Positions 19,677 through 29,430 of a stretch of 64,000 nt of DNA are shown here, piece by piece. Made by a program: the position numbers and the translations under genes. The stretch is from assembly GCA_965216565.1 (NCBI GenBank), contig OZ244170.1, positions 3,904,001 to 3,968,000 of the forward strand, read 5' to 3'. Origin of the DNA: Bythopirellula sp. (GTDB lineage: Bacteria; Planctomycetota; Planctomycetia; Pirellulales; Lacipirellulaceae). The notes under the pieces are model-generated. The model was not told where the DNA came from and did no database searches. It saw nothing but the letters and a program-made list of their open reading frames with translations. Numbering within the stretch: position 1 is the stretch's first letter; each line of letters begins with the position of its first letter.

Positions 19677-20135
19677 CTAATAGGAAACCGATTGAACAAC
19701 TTCTCCAATCGGTGCGCCAGACCGTTTCAGTGGCAGACGACTGCGGATAGTTAACGGCAATAAATCGGCGAGGTTGCTTGGAGCAGGTAGAAGTCCCAAC
19801 TCTTCTCTGCCATCTTCAGCATCCCATCGGCCCGGCTCATCGGGACTGATCACCCAGCATCGATCCGAGTTCTGATCGGGGTAGACATACACACAATCGA
19901 TGTCACTCTCGACAAAGGCAATGAGCGCTGGCAGCACAGAGCCGCCTGCAAATTCGGCCTCTCCGGCCGAGAAGGTGACCTCATCGTCAATCGAGCCTTG
20001 ATTGGCTGACGGCTTGAGTGTCGTTTCGTCCTGGTCTTCGTTGCCTTCTTCGTCCCAGGCGTTTTCCCAGTTAGGGTATTGCGCCCAGTATTGCTGCGGA
20101 GGATTATCGCCAGTCACACGAAGAGTGTTGTCCAT
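19677..20135 (-). CDS. Hypothetical acidic protein
   Basis: 152-aa ORF with a GGAGAGG RBS upstream; motif YPNWENAWDEEGNEDQDETTLKP. No family recognised. Confidence 0.7.
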   Translation of the reverse strand: MDNTLRVTGDNPPQQYWAQYPNWENAWDEEGNEDQDETTLKPSANQGSIDDEVTFSAGEAEFAGGSVLPALIAFVESDIDCVYVYPDQNSDRCWVISPDEPGRWDAEDGREELGLLPAPSNLADLLPLTIRSRLPLKRSGAPIGEVVQSVSY

Positions 20136-20181
20136 TGCTAGGCCTCTCCCATTTGTTCAGATTTGCGATCCTCTCGGGCTG

Positions 20182-21273
20182 CTACTCTCGCACATAAGAA
20201 AGGGTGAGCAGCACGTAGCCAGTCACCAGATTGGCATCGCCCTCTAGCCAGCGTTCGTTCGCGTTCGTCCAGCTACCGTTTTTCTGCTGTCGTTTGGCAA
20301 GTGCGGCGATCAACTCTTCTCGCCAATTGTGTTCGTCTCCCTCAGCGTCGACGATGGTTGGCTCGCCTAAGGCGTTCAGCGTTTTGGCGAATGTGTGGTA
20401 GTAGTAGTACAGACCGTTGTCGGACATGTACGGGTTTTCTTCAAGCGTATAGTTTTCGGTGATCCACTTTTTGGCTGCTGCCACGCGCGGGTCGTCCTTG
20501 GCAACGCCGGCATAGATCATGCTCTTCAGTCCCGCGTAGGTCATCGAACCGTAGCTCCGCAATCCGCCTTCAGGAGTTTCGCCCGCCTGACTCGATCCAC
20601 CGGCTGCAACGGTGTAATAGAATCCACCGTCAGGATTCTTGGAGGCGAATTCGGTGTCGTTGTATTTCGTGTCGAGGTTTTGACATCGGGAGACAAAGAC
20701 CAGCGCCCGTTGGATGGCGGCTTCATTCGCTTCGTTGCCGAGTGCCTTGAGGGCGTCGATCATAAACGCGGTGTTGGAAAGATCGGGCCGACTGTGCCGA
20801 CCGTAACCCGCCCCGCCGTAACTGGTACTGGATGCGTCGTGGCCCTCTTGGTCGTCCCACTGTAGTCCCTTGAGAAAGCTATCCGCCTGTTTCAGCAGCT
20901 TGTCGTACTCGCCGTTGCGATTGGCTTCGGAAAAACAAAGCACTGCCAGGCACGTTTCGTAATTCCGATGGTTGCTGCCCTCGGCATAAATGCCACCATT
21001 GCTGCGGGCGTGGTCTTCCAGATACTCAATGGCTTTGGCAACGAGTGGATCTTCAAGCGAGACACCGTTGCGGATCAAAGCCGTCGTTACTAACGAGGTA
21101 ACTCCGGTGCCAGCAAAGGAACTGAACGACCCGTCCTCGGCTTGTTGTGCGCGAAGGTAGTCGATTCCTTGGCCGACCATTCTGGCCAGATCAGGCTCGG
21201 CCGCATGGGTCGATAGACCCTGCAATTGGAAACCGGAGAGTACGAGGACAGAGAAAGCGATGTAACGTAGCAT
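20182..21273 (-). CDS. Secreted prenyltransferase/squalene-cyclase-like alpha-barrel protein
   Basis: Signal peptide; QW-like repeats YLRAQQAEDGSF, FLKGLQW, FVSRCQN and LAKRQQKNGSW; RPDLSNT motif. Confidence 0.88.
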   Translation of the reverse strand: MLRYIAFSVLVLSGFQLQGLSTHAAEPDLARMVGQGIDYLRAQQAEDGSFSSFAGTGVTSLVTTALIRNGVSLEDPLVAKAIEYLEDHARSNGGIYAEGSNHRNYETCLAVLCFSEANRNGEYDKLLKQADSFLKGLQWDDQEGHDASSTSYGGAGYGRHSRPDLSNTAFMIDALKALGNEANEAAIQRALVFVSRCQNLDTKYNDTEFASKNPDGGFYYTVAAGGSSQAGETPEGGLRSYGSMTYAGLKSMIYAGVAKDDPRVAAAKKWITENYTLEENPYMSDNGLYYYYHTFAKTLNALGEPTIVDAEGDEHNWREELIAALAKRQQKNGSWTNANERWLEGDANLVTGYVLLTLSYVRE

Positions 21274-21422
21274 TTTTTGACCCTTACTCAGGTTGAAAGA
21301 TCAACGCGCTAGCGAAAGGCAGTCTAGGTGCTAACTTCAATTTCTGGTGCAACCCGCAGCTAGCGCCGTCGGCTCAGTTGTTATTGTTGCACCTTGGGTG
21401 GGCGAGGCAAAGCAGAAATGGC

Positions 21423-21608
21423 CTAATGACCCGCTGCAAGCCAAGCGAGTACGCTCAACCAGAGCAAGCAGAGGGCCGCGGAAACGATCAATTGCCAGCG
21501 ACTTTTCGTTAGAGGAGGTGTCGTCCCGTCTGAAAAGGAACTCTCACCTTTGTGCCCCGCTTTCGACTTCTTGACCGACACGTCTTTCTTTAACGCGTTC
21601 TTTTTCAC
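21423..21608 (-). CDS. Small basic protein with a C-terminal TM helix
   Basis: Lies 8 nt after the upstream stop with a GAGGA RBS; Lys-rich N-terminus and WQLIVSAALCLLWLSVLAWLAA. Confidence 0.6.
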   Translation of the reverse strand: MKKNALKKDVSVKKSKAGHKGESSFSDGTTPPLTKSRWQLIVSAALCLLWLSVLAWLAAGH

Positions 21609-21616
21609 GGTCGTCC

Positions 21617-22117
21617 TCAGCGCCGCGGCTCTTCGGTAGAGTCGGGCAGCGAGAATTGAAAGCTATGGCGAAAGCCTTCGTCGAAGTCGAACACGTCGTC
21701 AAAATCTTCGCGACGATCGTTAGGCGTTTTTCGCATCTGTTCGATTTCAATCAAGTTGAACACGATTTCACCAAAATCGCTAGTCGACTGAATGCCCCAA
21801 TGGTTGAGCACGCTCTTGGCCATGTAACCATATTGCGTATGGGCGTATTGCCGCATTGCTTCGCACAATTCTTGCCCGGTGACATGCCGTTCTGGTTTGT
21901 CCTCGCCGTCCGAGTCAAGAAGGCTCTCTTTTTCGGCGTTCAACTCGGCGTCCAGATCACTCTGGGCCAAGTGATCGGTGCCCATGCCCAATTCTTCTTG
22001 GGCATGCCGCAGCGCTTCGAAGATGAAGACGTACGCGTCGAAATGGTAACGCTCGTCGCGACGGAGTAGTTCGGCAATCGGATGATCGGGGTCTAACATA
22101 GCAGGATGATGAGTCAT
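21617..22117 (-). CDS. Conserved PVC-superphylum protein (Minf_1886/TIGR04138-type)
   Basis: RYHFDAYVFIFEAL, RHVTGQELC, WGIQSTSDFGEIVFNLI and DRREDF. Confidence 0.85.
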   Translation of the reverse strand: MTHHPAMLDPDHPIAELLRRDERYHFDAYVFIFEALRHAQEELGMGTDHLAQSDLDAELNAEKESLLDSDGEDKPERHVTGQELCEAMRQYAHTQYGYMAKSVLNHWGIQSTSDFGEIVFNLIEIEQMRKTPNDRREDFDDVFDFDEGFRHSFQFSLPDSTEEPRR

Positions 22118-22180
22118 GGTGTTTCGGCGCGAACCAGATTTGAAAGTTGGGTCCGGGTGCCGATGGGTCTGATTATTATT

Positions 22181-23089
22181 CTACTCACTTTGGGCGTTTG
22201 CGTCTTTGTCTGTTGGCGGAGATTCTTCCTCAGTCTTTTTCTCGGCCTTTTTGCGTCCCGATTTCTTGCGGCTTCCCGAGCCCCGCTTGGTGACGGTCAA
22301 AACGTCGCCGGCGTCGATCGTAATCCTTCTCATATCTTCTGTTTCTATCAGGAGTTGCGACGCCAGAATTTCCTGGGCTAGCACTTTGGCCTTGCCATTA
22401 TTGGTAACAATCTCCGATCCCACCGGTGGCAGTTCTTTTTGCAATTCCTGGTAAGTATCGTATTCGTACCGGAGACAACATTTAAGCCGTCCACAGCGGC
22501 CAGAAATCTTGCTGGGGTCGAGCGTTGCCTTCTGCAGCTTGGCCATTCGCATCGAAACGGGCGGCATTTCCGAGAGATGCGTGTTGCAGCAGACCGGTTT
22601 TCCGCAATCGCCGTAGTCGGCCAAAATTTTCGCTTCGTCGCGTACCCCGATTTGCTTCATCTCGATGCGGGTTTGAAACTCGTGGGCCAGATTTTTGACC
22701 AACTGGCGAAAGTCGACCCGCTCGTCGGCCAGGTAATACACCACCACCCGTTCGCCGCCGTAGATATGCTCGACGTCCACCAGCCGCATGTCGAGTTTGA
22801 GATCGGTGATGTGTTTGGCGCACAGTTTGTGTTCGCCTTCTTGCTGCTCCATGAGACGGCGCAGCTCGTTGTGGTCGTCGTGATTCTGCTCGCGGAGGAT
22901 CTGACCGTTCTTCGGTTCCTGCATGGTAGAAACCACATGCTCGGTCGCTTCGCAGAGCACTTCGCCAGTTTCCAGGCCGCGACTCGTGCGGGCAATCACC
23001 TGCGCGCCGCGCGCAAAGTGATCGTCTCCTTTAACGCCAAAGACGCCCAGGTTTCGCATCACGCCATGTCGAACGATGTATTTCGCCAT
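22181..23089 (-). CDS. PSP1/YaaT (RicT-like) Fe-S regulatory protein
   Basis: RVDFRQLVK.LA...RIEMKQIGVRDEA, then the Cys motifs GDCGKPVCC and KISGRCGRLKCCLRYE. Confidence 0.92.
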   Translation of the reverse strand: MAKYIVRHGVMRNLGVFGVKGDDHFARGAQVIARTSRGLETGEVLCEATEHVVSTMQEPKNGQILREQNHDDHNELRRLMEQQEGEHKLCAKHITDLKLDMRLVDVEHIYGGERVVVYYLADERVDFRQLVKNLAHEFQTRIEMKQIGVRDEAKILADYGDCGKPVCCNTHLSEMPPVSMRMAKLQKATLDPSKISGRCGRLKCCLRYEYDTYQELQKELPPVGSEIVTNNGKAKVLAQEILASQLLIETEDMRRITIDAGDVLTVTKRGSGSRKKSGRKKAEKKTEEESPPTDKDANAQSE

Positions 23090-23314
23090 AGGCAACAAGT
23101 ATAACGATTGTGTGATTGTCGGAGTAGGTTGGATTGATCGGTGAGGCCTGAGAACCGCAGCCAGCCGAGAGCGTCAGCAATCGGATAAACCAAGGTGAAC
23201 TGCACATTGTGAAAGGCTGCCAAAAATAGTTCGTTTCCCATTGAGAATACTGTTAAAATAGATGCACGTCAGACCTTCACTCTCGCTTCTGCATCGCGAA
23301 CTAGAGAATTGGCC

Positions 23315-26300
23315 ATGCCAACCGGGAAGAATTACCGGATCGATCCCTATTCGCGTCGGCTGTCCGTCGAAACGCTGGAAGATCGGCGAATGCTGGCAAC
23401 CTTCTCAGTCACCAATCTCCTCGACGGCCCCGTGACCGCCGCAGGCGACCTGCCCGGTAGCCTGCGGCAAGCCATCTTCGACGCCAATAACCTGGCCGGG
23501 CCGGACGACATCGACCTCACCGGCGTTAGTGGCACGCTGCTGATGACCGACGGGGAGTTTGAGATTACCGATGCGGTTGCGATCAACGGGCCAGGACAAA
23601 ATTCGCTGACCATCGATGCCGGCAACGGCACTGACGGCGTATTTGCCACGGGCGATGGGCATCGCATCTTCAATGTCGACGATGTTAGCAGCAGCTCTAG
23701 AATCGATGTCGAACTCCGCGACATAACACTAACTGGTGGGGACCCTTCTCTTCAGGGTGGTGCAATAGTTAGTCTTGAAAATCTGACAATCGAAAACAGT
23801 TTCATAACTGGAAACTCCGCAGGCATTTTCTTTACTAGCAAAGGAGGTGGTGTTTCAATAATTGGAGCGACCTTGGTAGTCAGAAATAGCACAATCAATG
23901 GCAACTATGCCGCCAGTAGCGGAGGTGGTATTTATGCTCGTGACAGTGACTTAGAGCTCACAAGAACTATCATCAGTGGAAATGACTCCGATTCGAGCGG
24001 TGGTGGAATTGCGAACGTCGATTCCAACTCTCTGATCCAGGAAAGTCAGATTTCAGGCAACTCTGCCTTCCGGCATGGCGGTGGGGTATCGAATCGGGGA
24101 TTTGGCTATTCTTCTATAATTGCTAATAGCACACTCAGCGGTAACACATCACGATTCTCTGGGGGAGCACTTACTGAATACTCTGGAACCACCACTCTCA
24201 TTTCGTCAACGATTGAAGGTAACTCGTCCCTTACCGGTCGCGGAAGTATAGCTGCTAACTGGGATAATTTTGTCACTACCATCGTGCTGCGAAATTCGAT
24301 TGTCTCCAACACGACCGATGCGTCAGGATTACCTTCTGCAGACTTAGCTAGTGGGCCTCCAGACATTACCAAATTTTACGTCGATTATAGTCTAGTTGAA
24401 GATTCGGGCGCCGTCACAATCACCGGATCGGACAACGTAGTAAGCGTTGACCCCCTGCTCGGCCCGCTCCAAGACAACGGCGGCCCCACCTTCACGCATG
24501 CGCTCCTCCCCGGCAGCCCGGCGATTGACATGGGTGATCCCGTATTCTCCGCGCCGCCCGACTTCGACCAGCGCGGCGATCCCTTCACCCGCGTGCACAA
24601 CGGCCGCATCGATATCGGGGCGTACGAAGCACAGCCACTGCTGGCCGATGCGAATGGCGATCACGTCGTCGATGGTTTAGACCTGCTGTTGATCCAAATC
24701 GGCGGTGGCGACATCGCCCGCTGGGACGCCGATTATGGTGCTAGTGAGCCGATGGAGCTGCCCTCGCTGGTGGTGACGACCGATCAGGATGTGGTTGATG
24801 CCTTCGATGGGCTCACCTCGCTCCGCGAAGCCATTGAATATGCCAACGGACTAGCGGGAGCGGATACGATCTCGTTTGATGCCTCGCTCACCGGAGGCAC
24901 GATTCTGCTCACCGAAGGCGAACTTCGAATCACCGATTCGCTGACAATAGATGGCTTGGGACAAAATTCGCTGACCATCGATGCCGGCAACGGCACTGAC
25001 AGTGTGTTTGCCACGGGCGATGGACATCGCATCTTCACAATTGACGATGGCACTGCAGCTCTAATCAACGTCTCGATCAGTGGGCTCACGCTGACAGGGG
25101 GAGATGCGGCCAATGCTCCGGAAGCTCCCTCGGGCACCGATGGGGAGAATGGCGAAGCAGGCGGAGCGATCTTCTCTTTAGAACATCTAACCGTTGCCAA
25201 CTCTACGATTTCCGGCAACGCAACTGGTCAGGGTGGTCAAAGCAATTATCACCCAGGATCAGGTGGTGCAGGCGGAGGCATCTATGTCCAGTATGGCGAC
25301 CTGACGCTTACCAACTCCACCGTCAGCGCGAATCAGACTGGCATGGGGGGATATGGCATTGGTTTCACTTTTCCCGAAGCCGATGGCGGTCATGGAGGAG
25401 GCATCTTCAGTGGCAGTGGCAATGCGACGATCACCGGCAGCAGTATTGTTGATAACCGAACCGGTGATGGTCCGCTCACCAATACGCCTAGTACTGGAAC
25501 GGCTGGAGATGGTGGCTCTGGTGGAGGAATCTACAACGCGGGTGGAGTGCTGAATATTGCTGGTAGTAGCATCAGTGGCAACTTCACAGGCGATGGCGGT
25601 CACCAATCGGGCTATGGTGGCACGGCAGGTAGTGGAGGCGGCATCGCTCATTTCGGCACGCTACTCTCGATCGCGGACTCCTCGATCGAAAACAACATAG
25701 TTGGACGCACCCTTAAACTTGATGGGCAATTCGGCAATCCAGGAGGAAGTGGTGGCGGCATCTACGCGGTTGATAGTGAGGTGATGATCACCGCGAGTAC
25801 CATCAGTGGGAACCGAGGAGCCGACGCCGTGATTTACCGCGGCTACGGAGGGAAAGGTGGGGGCATCTACAACAAAAATGGAAACATGACGATCACCGGC
25901 AGCACCATCAGTGGAAATTTCACGGGTCGCTCTGGAGAAGAGGTTTTTGGTGGTATCCAGGGAGGTAGCGGCGGAGGCATCTATCAATCGGGCGGTTCCC
26001 TGACCATTCGCTCTACCACCATCAGTGGCAACGTGACTGCGGAAGGAGGCAGCTCATTTTATGGCGGAAGCAATGGTGGACACGGTGGCGGAATTGCACA
26101 TCTTGGGACTAACCTAACGATCGAAGACTCCACCATCTCCGATAATAGGACTGGCCGTGGAGGAGATGGAGGCAGTTCTTCTTCCGGCAGTGGGACTGGA
26201 GGTGCAGGTGGCGGTGTTTTTGCCGTTAGCACGTCCGTATCGATCGAGGGCAGCACTATTAGCGGGAATCGAACGGGAGATGGTGGAGATGCTACCAATG

Positions 26301-27262
26301 GAGGCAACGGAGGTAGTGGAGGGGGTCTCTCTATCAGCGCAGATCAGCTTGCCATATCGCACTGCACCATCGTTTCTAACCGTACTGGCGATCCTACAGA
26401 GCCTTCTAGCAACGTTCGTGGAGGCGATGGCGGTGGTATACGGCTCGTTTCGGTAGACTCCTCTACGATTTCTGGCTCGATCATCGCCGACAACCATGTT
26501 GGATATTTCTATACCTATAGTGGTCCAGCAGAACTTGGCCTTGGTCCCGACATACGTGGCGGATCAGCAGGCTGGACGCTCACGCACAGTTTGATCGGTG
26601 ACAACACAGATACATCACTTACCGAAGCCCAATCCCCCGACATCAACGGCAACCTCATCGGCAGCGCCGCCGGCGCCGGCGTGATTGACCCCCTGCTCGG
26701 CCCGCTCCAAGACAACGGCGGCCCCACCTTCACGCATGCGCTCCTCCCCGGCAGCCCCGCCATCGACATGGGTGATCCCGTATTCTCCGTGCCGCCCGAC
26801 TTCGATCAGCGCGGTGATCCGTTTACTCGCCTGCACAATGGCCGCATTGATATCGGGGCCTACGAATCGCAACCGCTACTGGCCGATGCAAATGGCGACC
26901 ACGTCGTCGATGGTTTGGATCTGCTGCTGATCCAAATCGGCGGTGGCGACATCGCTCGGTGGGACGCCGAGTATGGCGTGAGTGAGCCGTCGGCTCCGCC
27001 GCTTGCTGCGACGCAGTCCGGGGTTGAGCCGAGTGTTGCATCCTTCTGGCTGGCCCTACCTGAAACCGTGGCAGACAATCGCGAGGAACCTCTGCCGGAA
27101 GACGCTGCGTTTGCGTTCGTTGAACAGGCCACAATCCTAGCCGATGTCTCCGAGGCAGATGATATCCGCGATTCGCAGACCATTGCGGCTGGCGCGACCG
27201 ACTCCTCCGATGACCTGGAAGACGCCGAATTAGACGAAGCCCTCGTCGCGCTGTTTGGTTAG
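23315..27262 (+). CDS. Large extracellular beta-helix protein (LEDRR motif, two CSLREA-like/polymorphic-repeat/choice-of-anchor-Q modules, dockerin-like motifs)
   Basis: VETLEDRRMLA; GSLRQAI and SLREAI; many GGGI...STISGN repeats; two copies of DPLLGPLQDNGGPTFTHALLPGSPAID...IDIGAYE and ADANGDHVVDGLDL. Confidence 0.9.
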   Translation: MPTGKNYRIDPYSRRLSVETLEDRRMLATFSVTNLLDGPVTAAGDLPGSLRQAIFDANNLAGPDDIDLTGVSGTLLMTDGEFEITDAVAINGPGQNSLTIDAGNGTDGVFATGDGHRIFNVDDVSSSSRIDVELRDITLTGGDPSLQGGAIVSLENLTIENSFITGNSAGIFFTSKGGGVSIIGATLVVRNSTINGNYAASSGGGIYARDSDLELTRTIISGNDSDSSGGGIANVDSNSLIQESQISGNSAFRHGGGVSNRGFGYSSIIANSTLSGNTSRFSGGALTEYSGTTTLISSTIEGNSSLTGRGSIAANWDNFVTTIVLRNSIVSNTTDASGLPSADLASGPPDITKFYVDYSLVEDSGAVTITGSDNVVSVDPLLGPLQDNGGPTFTHALLPGSPAIDMGDPVFSAPPDFDQRGDPFTRVHNGRIDIGAYEAQPLLADANGDHVVDGLDLLLIQIGGGDIARWDADYGASEPMELPSLVVTTDQDVVDAFDGLTSLREAIEYANGLAGADTISFDASLTGGTILLTEGELRITDSLTIDGLGQNSLTIDAGNGTDSVFATGDGHRIFTIDDGTAALINVSISGLTLTGGDAANAPEAPSGTDGENGEAGGAIFSLEHLTVANSTISGNATGQGGQSNYHPGSGGAGGGIYVQYGDLTLTNSTVSANQTGMGGYGIGFTFPEADGGHGGGIFSGSGNATITGSSIVDNRTGDGPLTNTPSTGTAGDGGSGGGIYNAGGVLNIAGSSISGNFTGDGGHQSGYGGTAGSGGGIAHFGTLLSIADSSIENNIVGRTLKLDGQFGNPGGSGGGIYAVDSEVMITASTISGNRGADAVIYRGYGGKGGGIYNKNGNMTITGSTISGNFTGRSGEEVFGGIQGGSGGGIYQSGGSLTIRSTTISGNVTAEGGSSFYGGSNGGHGGGIAHLGTNLTIEDSTISDNRTGRGGDGGSSSSGSGTGGAGGGVFAVSTSVSIEGSTISGNRTGDGGDATNGGNGGSGGGLSISADQLAISHCTIVSNRTGDPTEPSSNVRGGDGGGIRLVSVDSSTISGSIIADNHVGYFYTYSGPAELGLGPDIRGGSAGWTLTHSLIGDNTDTSLTEAQSPDINGNLIGSAAGAGVIDPLLGPLQDNGGPTFTHALLPGSPAIDMGDPVFSVPPDFDQRGDPFTRLHNGRIDIGAYESQPLLADANGDHVVDGLDLLLIQIGGGDIARWDAEYGVSEPSAPPLAATQSGVEPSVASFWLALPETVADNREEPLPEDAAFAFVEQATILADVSEADDIRDSQTIAAGATDSSDDLEDAELDEALVALFG
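24447..24750 (+). repeat. Intragenic ~300-bp direct repeat, copy 1 (copy 2 at 26685-26988)
   Basis: Both copies begin TTGACCCCCTGCTCGGCCCGCTCCAAGACAACGGCGGCCCCACCTTCACGCATGCG and stay near-identical through ...GTGAGCCG. Confidence 0.92.
26685..26988 (+). repeat. Intragenic ~300-bp direct repeat, copy 2
   Basis: Near-identical to 24447-24750, with mostly synonymous differences. Confidence 0.92.
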
Positions 27263-27275
27263 AGCCGCCAACAGT

Positions 27276-27362
27276 CTGTCGCCCCTTCGGGGCTCAACAA
27301 CGGGGGCGCTTTGTTCCAGGGGCTCGCGCCCCTGGCTATTCACTATCGTCCCATTGGGACTG
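27276..27362. repeat. REP-like palindrome cluster between convergent genes (possible bidirectional terminator)
   Basis: Three hairpins: GCCCC-TTC-GGGGC (27281-27293), CCAGGGGC-TCGC-GCCCCTGG (27316-27335) and GTCCC-ATT-GGGAC (27348-27360). Confidence 0.75.
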
Positions 27363-27438
27363 AATTCGAGTCTTGGGTGGTGCCCGGCGGGTGGATGTGG
27401 TTCAAGAAGCTGACCGCTGAGTGCTGACAGCTTGTTCT

Positions 27439-28443
27439 TCACTGCGGTCGCACCAGGATCCGCCCCGAGTTTTCCCCAGCAAGCATCTTCTCCACCTCGA
27501 CAGGCACCTCCGCGAGCGTCACTTCACGCACCAGGGGCTGTAGCGTCTGTAACACGTTCCACTCGCCGAAGAGCTTTTGCCAGATTTCGAGTCTAGGGCC
27601 GCGGGGGCACTTGGCCGAGTCGATGCCGGCAAGCGTTACGCCGCGGAGGATGAATGGGTAGACGGTCGTTGGAAGGTCGTGCCCGCCCACTAGTCCACAG
27701 GCGGTGACGCAGCCGCGATACTTGGTGGAGCGCAACAATGTGGCGAGCGTGTTGCCGCCGACGGTGTCGACCGCCGCGGCCCAACGCTCCGAGAGCAGTG
27801 GTTTGCCAGAATCGTCATTCACCTCTTCTCGGGGGATGATCGATTGGGCTCCGAGTTGTTGAAGCAGTTCGGCCTTGTTTGGTTTGCCTGTGACTGCGAC
27901 GACCGAGAAGCCCAGGTGTGCCAGCAGCGCGATCGCTACGGTTCCCACTCCGCCGGTGGCGCCAGTGATGACGACTTCGCCATCCGTGGGTTCGATTCCC
28001 TGGTGCACGATCGCGGCTACACACTGCGCCGCGGTAAAACCGGCCGTGCCATAGGTCATGGCATCGCGCGGTGTGAAACCGGTTGGCAGCGGCACCACCC
28101 AATCCGCGGGCGTGCGTACGAATGCCGAGTACCCGCCCCAGCGTGGAGCGCCTTGCTCGTAGCCGGTCACCAGAACCTTCTCGCCGGGCTTAAAATCGGC
28201 AACCGAACTAGTGGCGACCGTCCCCGCGCAATCGATTCCCGGCACATGCGGCAGGTCGCGAACAATCCCCGCTTGCGCGCGGGTGGCCAGGGCATCTTTG
28301 TAGTTGAGCGATGAGCAATCGACTTCGATCAGCACTTCGCCGGGCGGCAAATCGTCTGCCGATAGAGTTTCCACTTGGCAAGTGAGATTCTCGTCGGTAT
28401 CACGTCGAACAACTAAGGCGGGGAACGAGTCGTGTAGAACCAT
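27439..28443 (-). CDS. YhdH/AcuI family MDR oxidoreductase (acryloyl-CoA reductase-like)
   Basis: SSLNYKDALA, PGIDCAG, GTAGFTAA, TGATGGVG and PFILRGVTLAGIDS. Confidence 0.92.
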   Translation of the reverse strand: MVLHDSFPALVVRRDTDENLTCQVETLSADDLPPGEVLIEVDCSSLNYKDALATRAQAGIVRDLPHVPGIDCAGTVATSSVADFKPGEKVLVTGYEQGAPRWGGYSAFVRTPADWVVPLPTGFTPRDAMTYGTAGFTAAQCVAAIVHQGIEPTDGEVVITGATGGVGTVAIALLAHLGFSVVAVTGKPNKAELLQQLGAQSIIPREEVNDDSGKPLLSERWAAAVDTVGGNTLATLLRSTKYRGCVTACGLVGGHDLPTTVYPFILRGVTLAGIDSAKCPRGPRLEIWQKLFGEWNVLQTLQPLVREVTLAEVPVEVEKMLAGENSGRILVRPQ

Positions 28444-28448
28444 TTTGC

Positions 28449-28808
28449 TCAGGCCAATTCTATCGGAAGCTGGTCAATCTTGGCGGCCAGGATAAAGTCG
28501 TTCTCGCTCAGACCACCGATCGCGTGAGTCCACAACTCAACTGACACGTTGCGGTAGCCCTCGATATGGAGATCTGGGTGGTGGCCATCGTCTTCGGCCA
28601 CAACAGCACATTTTTCGAAAAACCGAATGCCAGCCATAAAGTCTTTCACTTGCCAAGACTTGCGAATGCGTTGGCCGTCGCGAACTAGTTCCCAACCTTT
28701 CAGTTCTTCGAGTTGGGCCTTGGCCTCTGCGGGTGTGGACGGATCGACGCCACCCTCGCAAGGCAGACATTTCTTTTGGACAAGTTGCTCGGAAGTCTGA
28801 GTAGCCAT
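28449..28808 (-). CDS. phhB: Pterin-4-alpha-carbinolamine dehydratase
   Basis: CLPCEGG, GHHPDL and WTHAIGGLSENDFILAAKID. Confidence 0.92.
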   Translation of the reverse strand: MATQTSEQLVQKKCLPCEGGVDPSTPAEAKAQLEELKGWELVRDGQRIRKSWQVKDFMAGIRFFEKCAVVAEDDGHHPDLHIEGYRNVSVELWTHAIGGLSENDFILAAKIDQLPIELA

Positions 28809-28973
28809 GGCAGATTCTCTCGCAATCGATACGGGGAGCTTGTTATGTTACAACCTATAAGCAATTCTCTACCGAGAACTAGACATCGTCAATGATTGGG
28901 TGCTAATCCGGGGGCGCGAAACATTCGCGGAATCCCCAGTGCAAGAAGCCATTCAGAAAAACGAACGAATCAG

Positions 28974-29231
28974 ATGAGCGAAGATAAATCGACATCCTCG
29001 GATCCTGATCAACAGAAGCCCAAGTCCTCTCTCGAGCGGACTGCCCAAATCGAAGAAACGCTCAGCTTTCAGCAGCGTCATCTCGAAGAGTTTCAGGAGG
29101 TAGTGATGCGTCAGCAGGCAGAACTCGACCTGTTGCGGCGTGACGTCGAACGGTTGAAAGGCGAGGTGCATCGGCTCGGCGAGGAGACCGGCAGCGATCT
29201 CCCAGCAGACGAGAAACCTCCGCATTACTAG
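28974..29231 (+). CDS. slyX: SlyX family protein
   Basis: IEETLSFQQRHLEEFQEVVMRQQ coiled coil and C-terminal EKPPHY. Confidence 0.85.
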   Translation: MSEDKSTSSDPDQQKPKSSLERTAQIEETLSFQQRHLEEFQEVVMRQQAELDLLRRDVERLKGEVHRLGEETGSDLPADEKPPHY

Positions 29232-29430
29232 GTCTGCGCAGGTTCTGGCCAAGTTAGCTACAAAGCCGCCCGGTGACAGTAGTTTGTCACTCGACCTTGT
29301 AGGTGTACAAACGTCTAAGTCCCGGTGCTGCAAGAGATAGGAGCGATGCTGTCACTATTTGGTAGTCTGGTAGTCACGTTTGAGCGCCCATCTCCAAGAA
29401 TAGAAGCAGGTATAACTTCTCCTAACAAAG

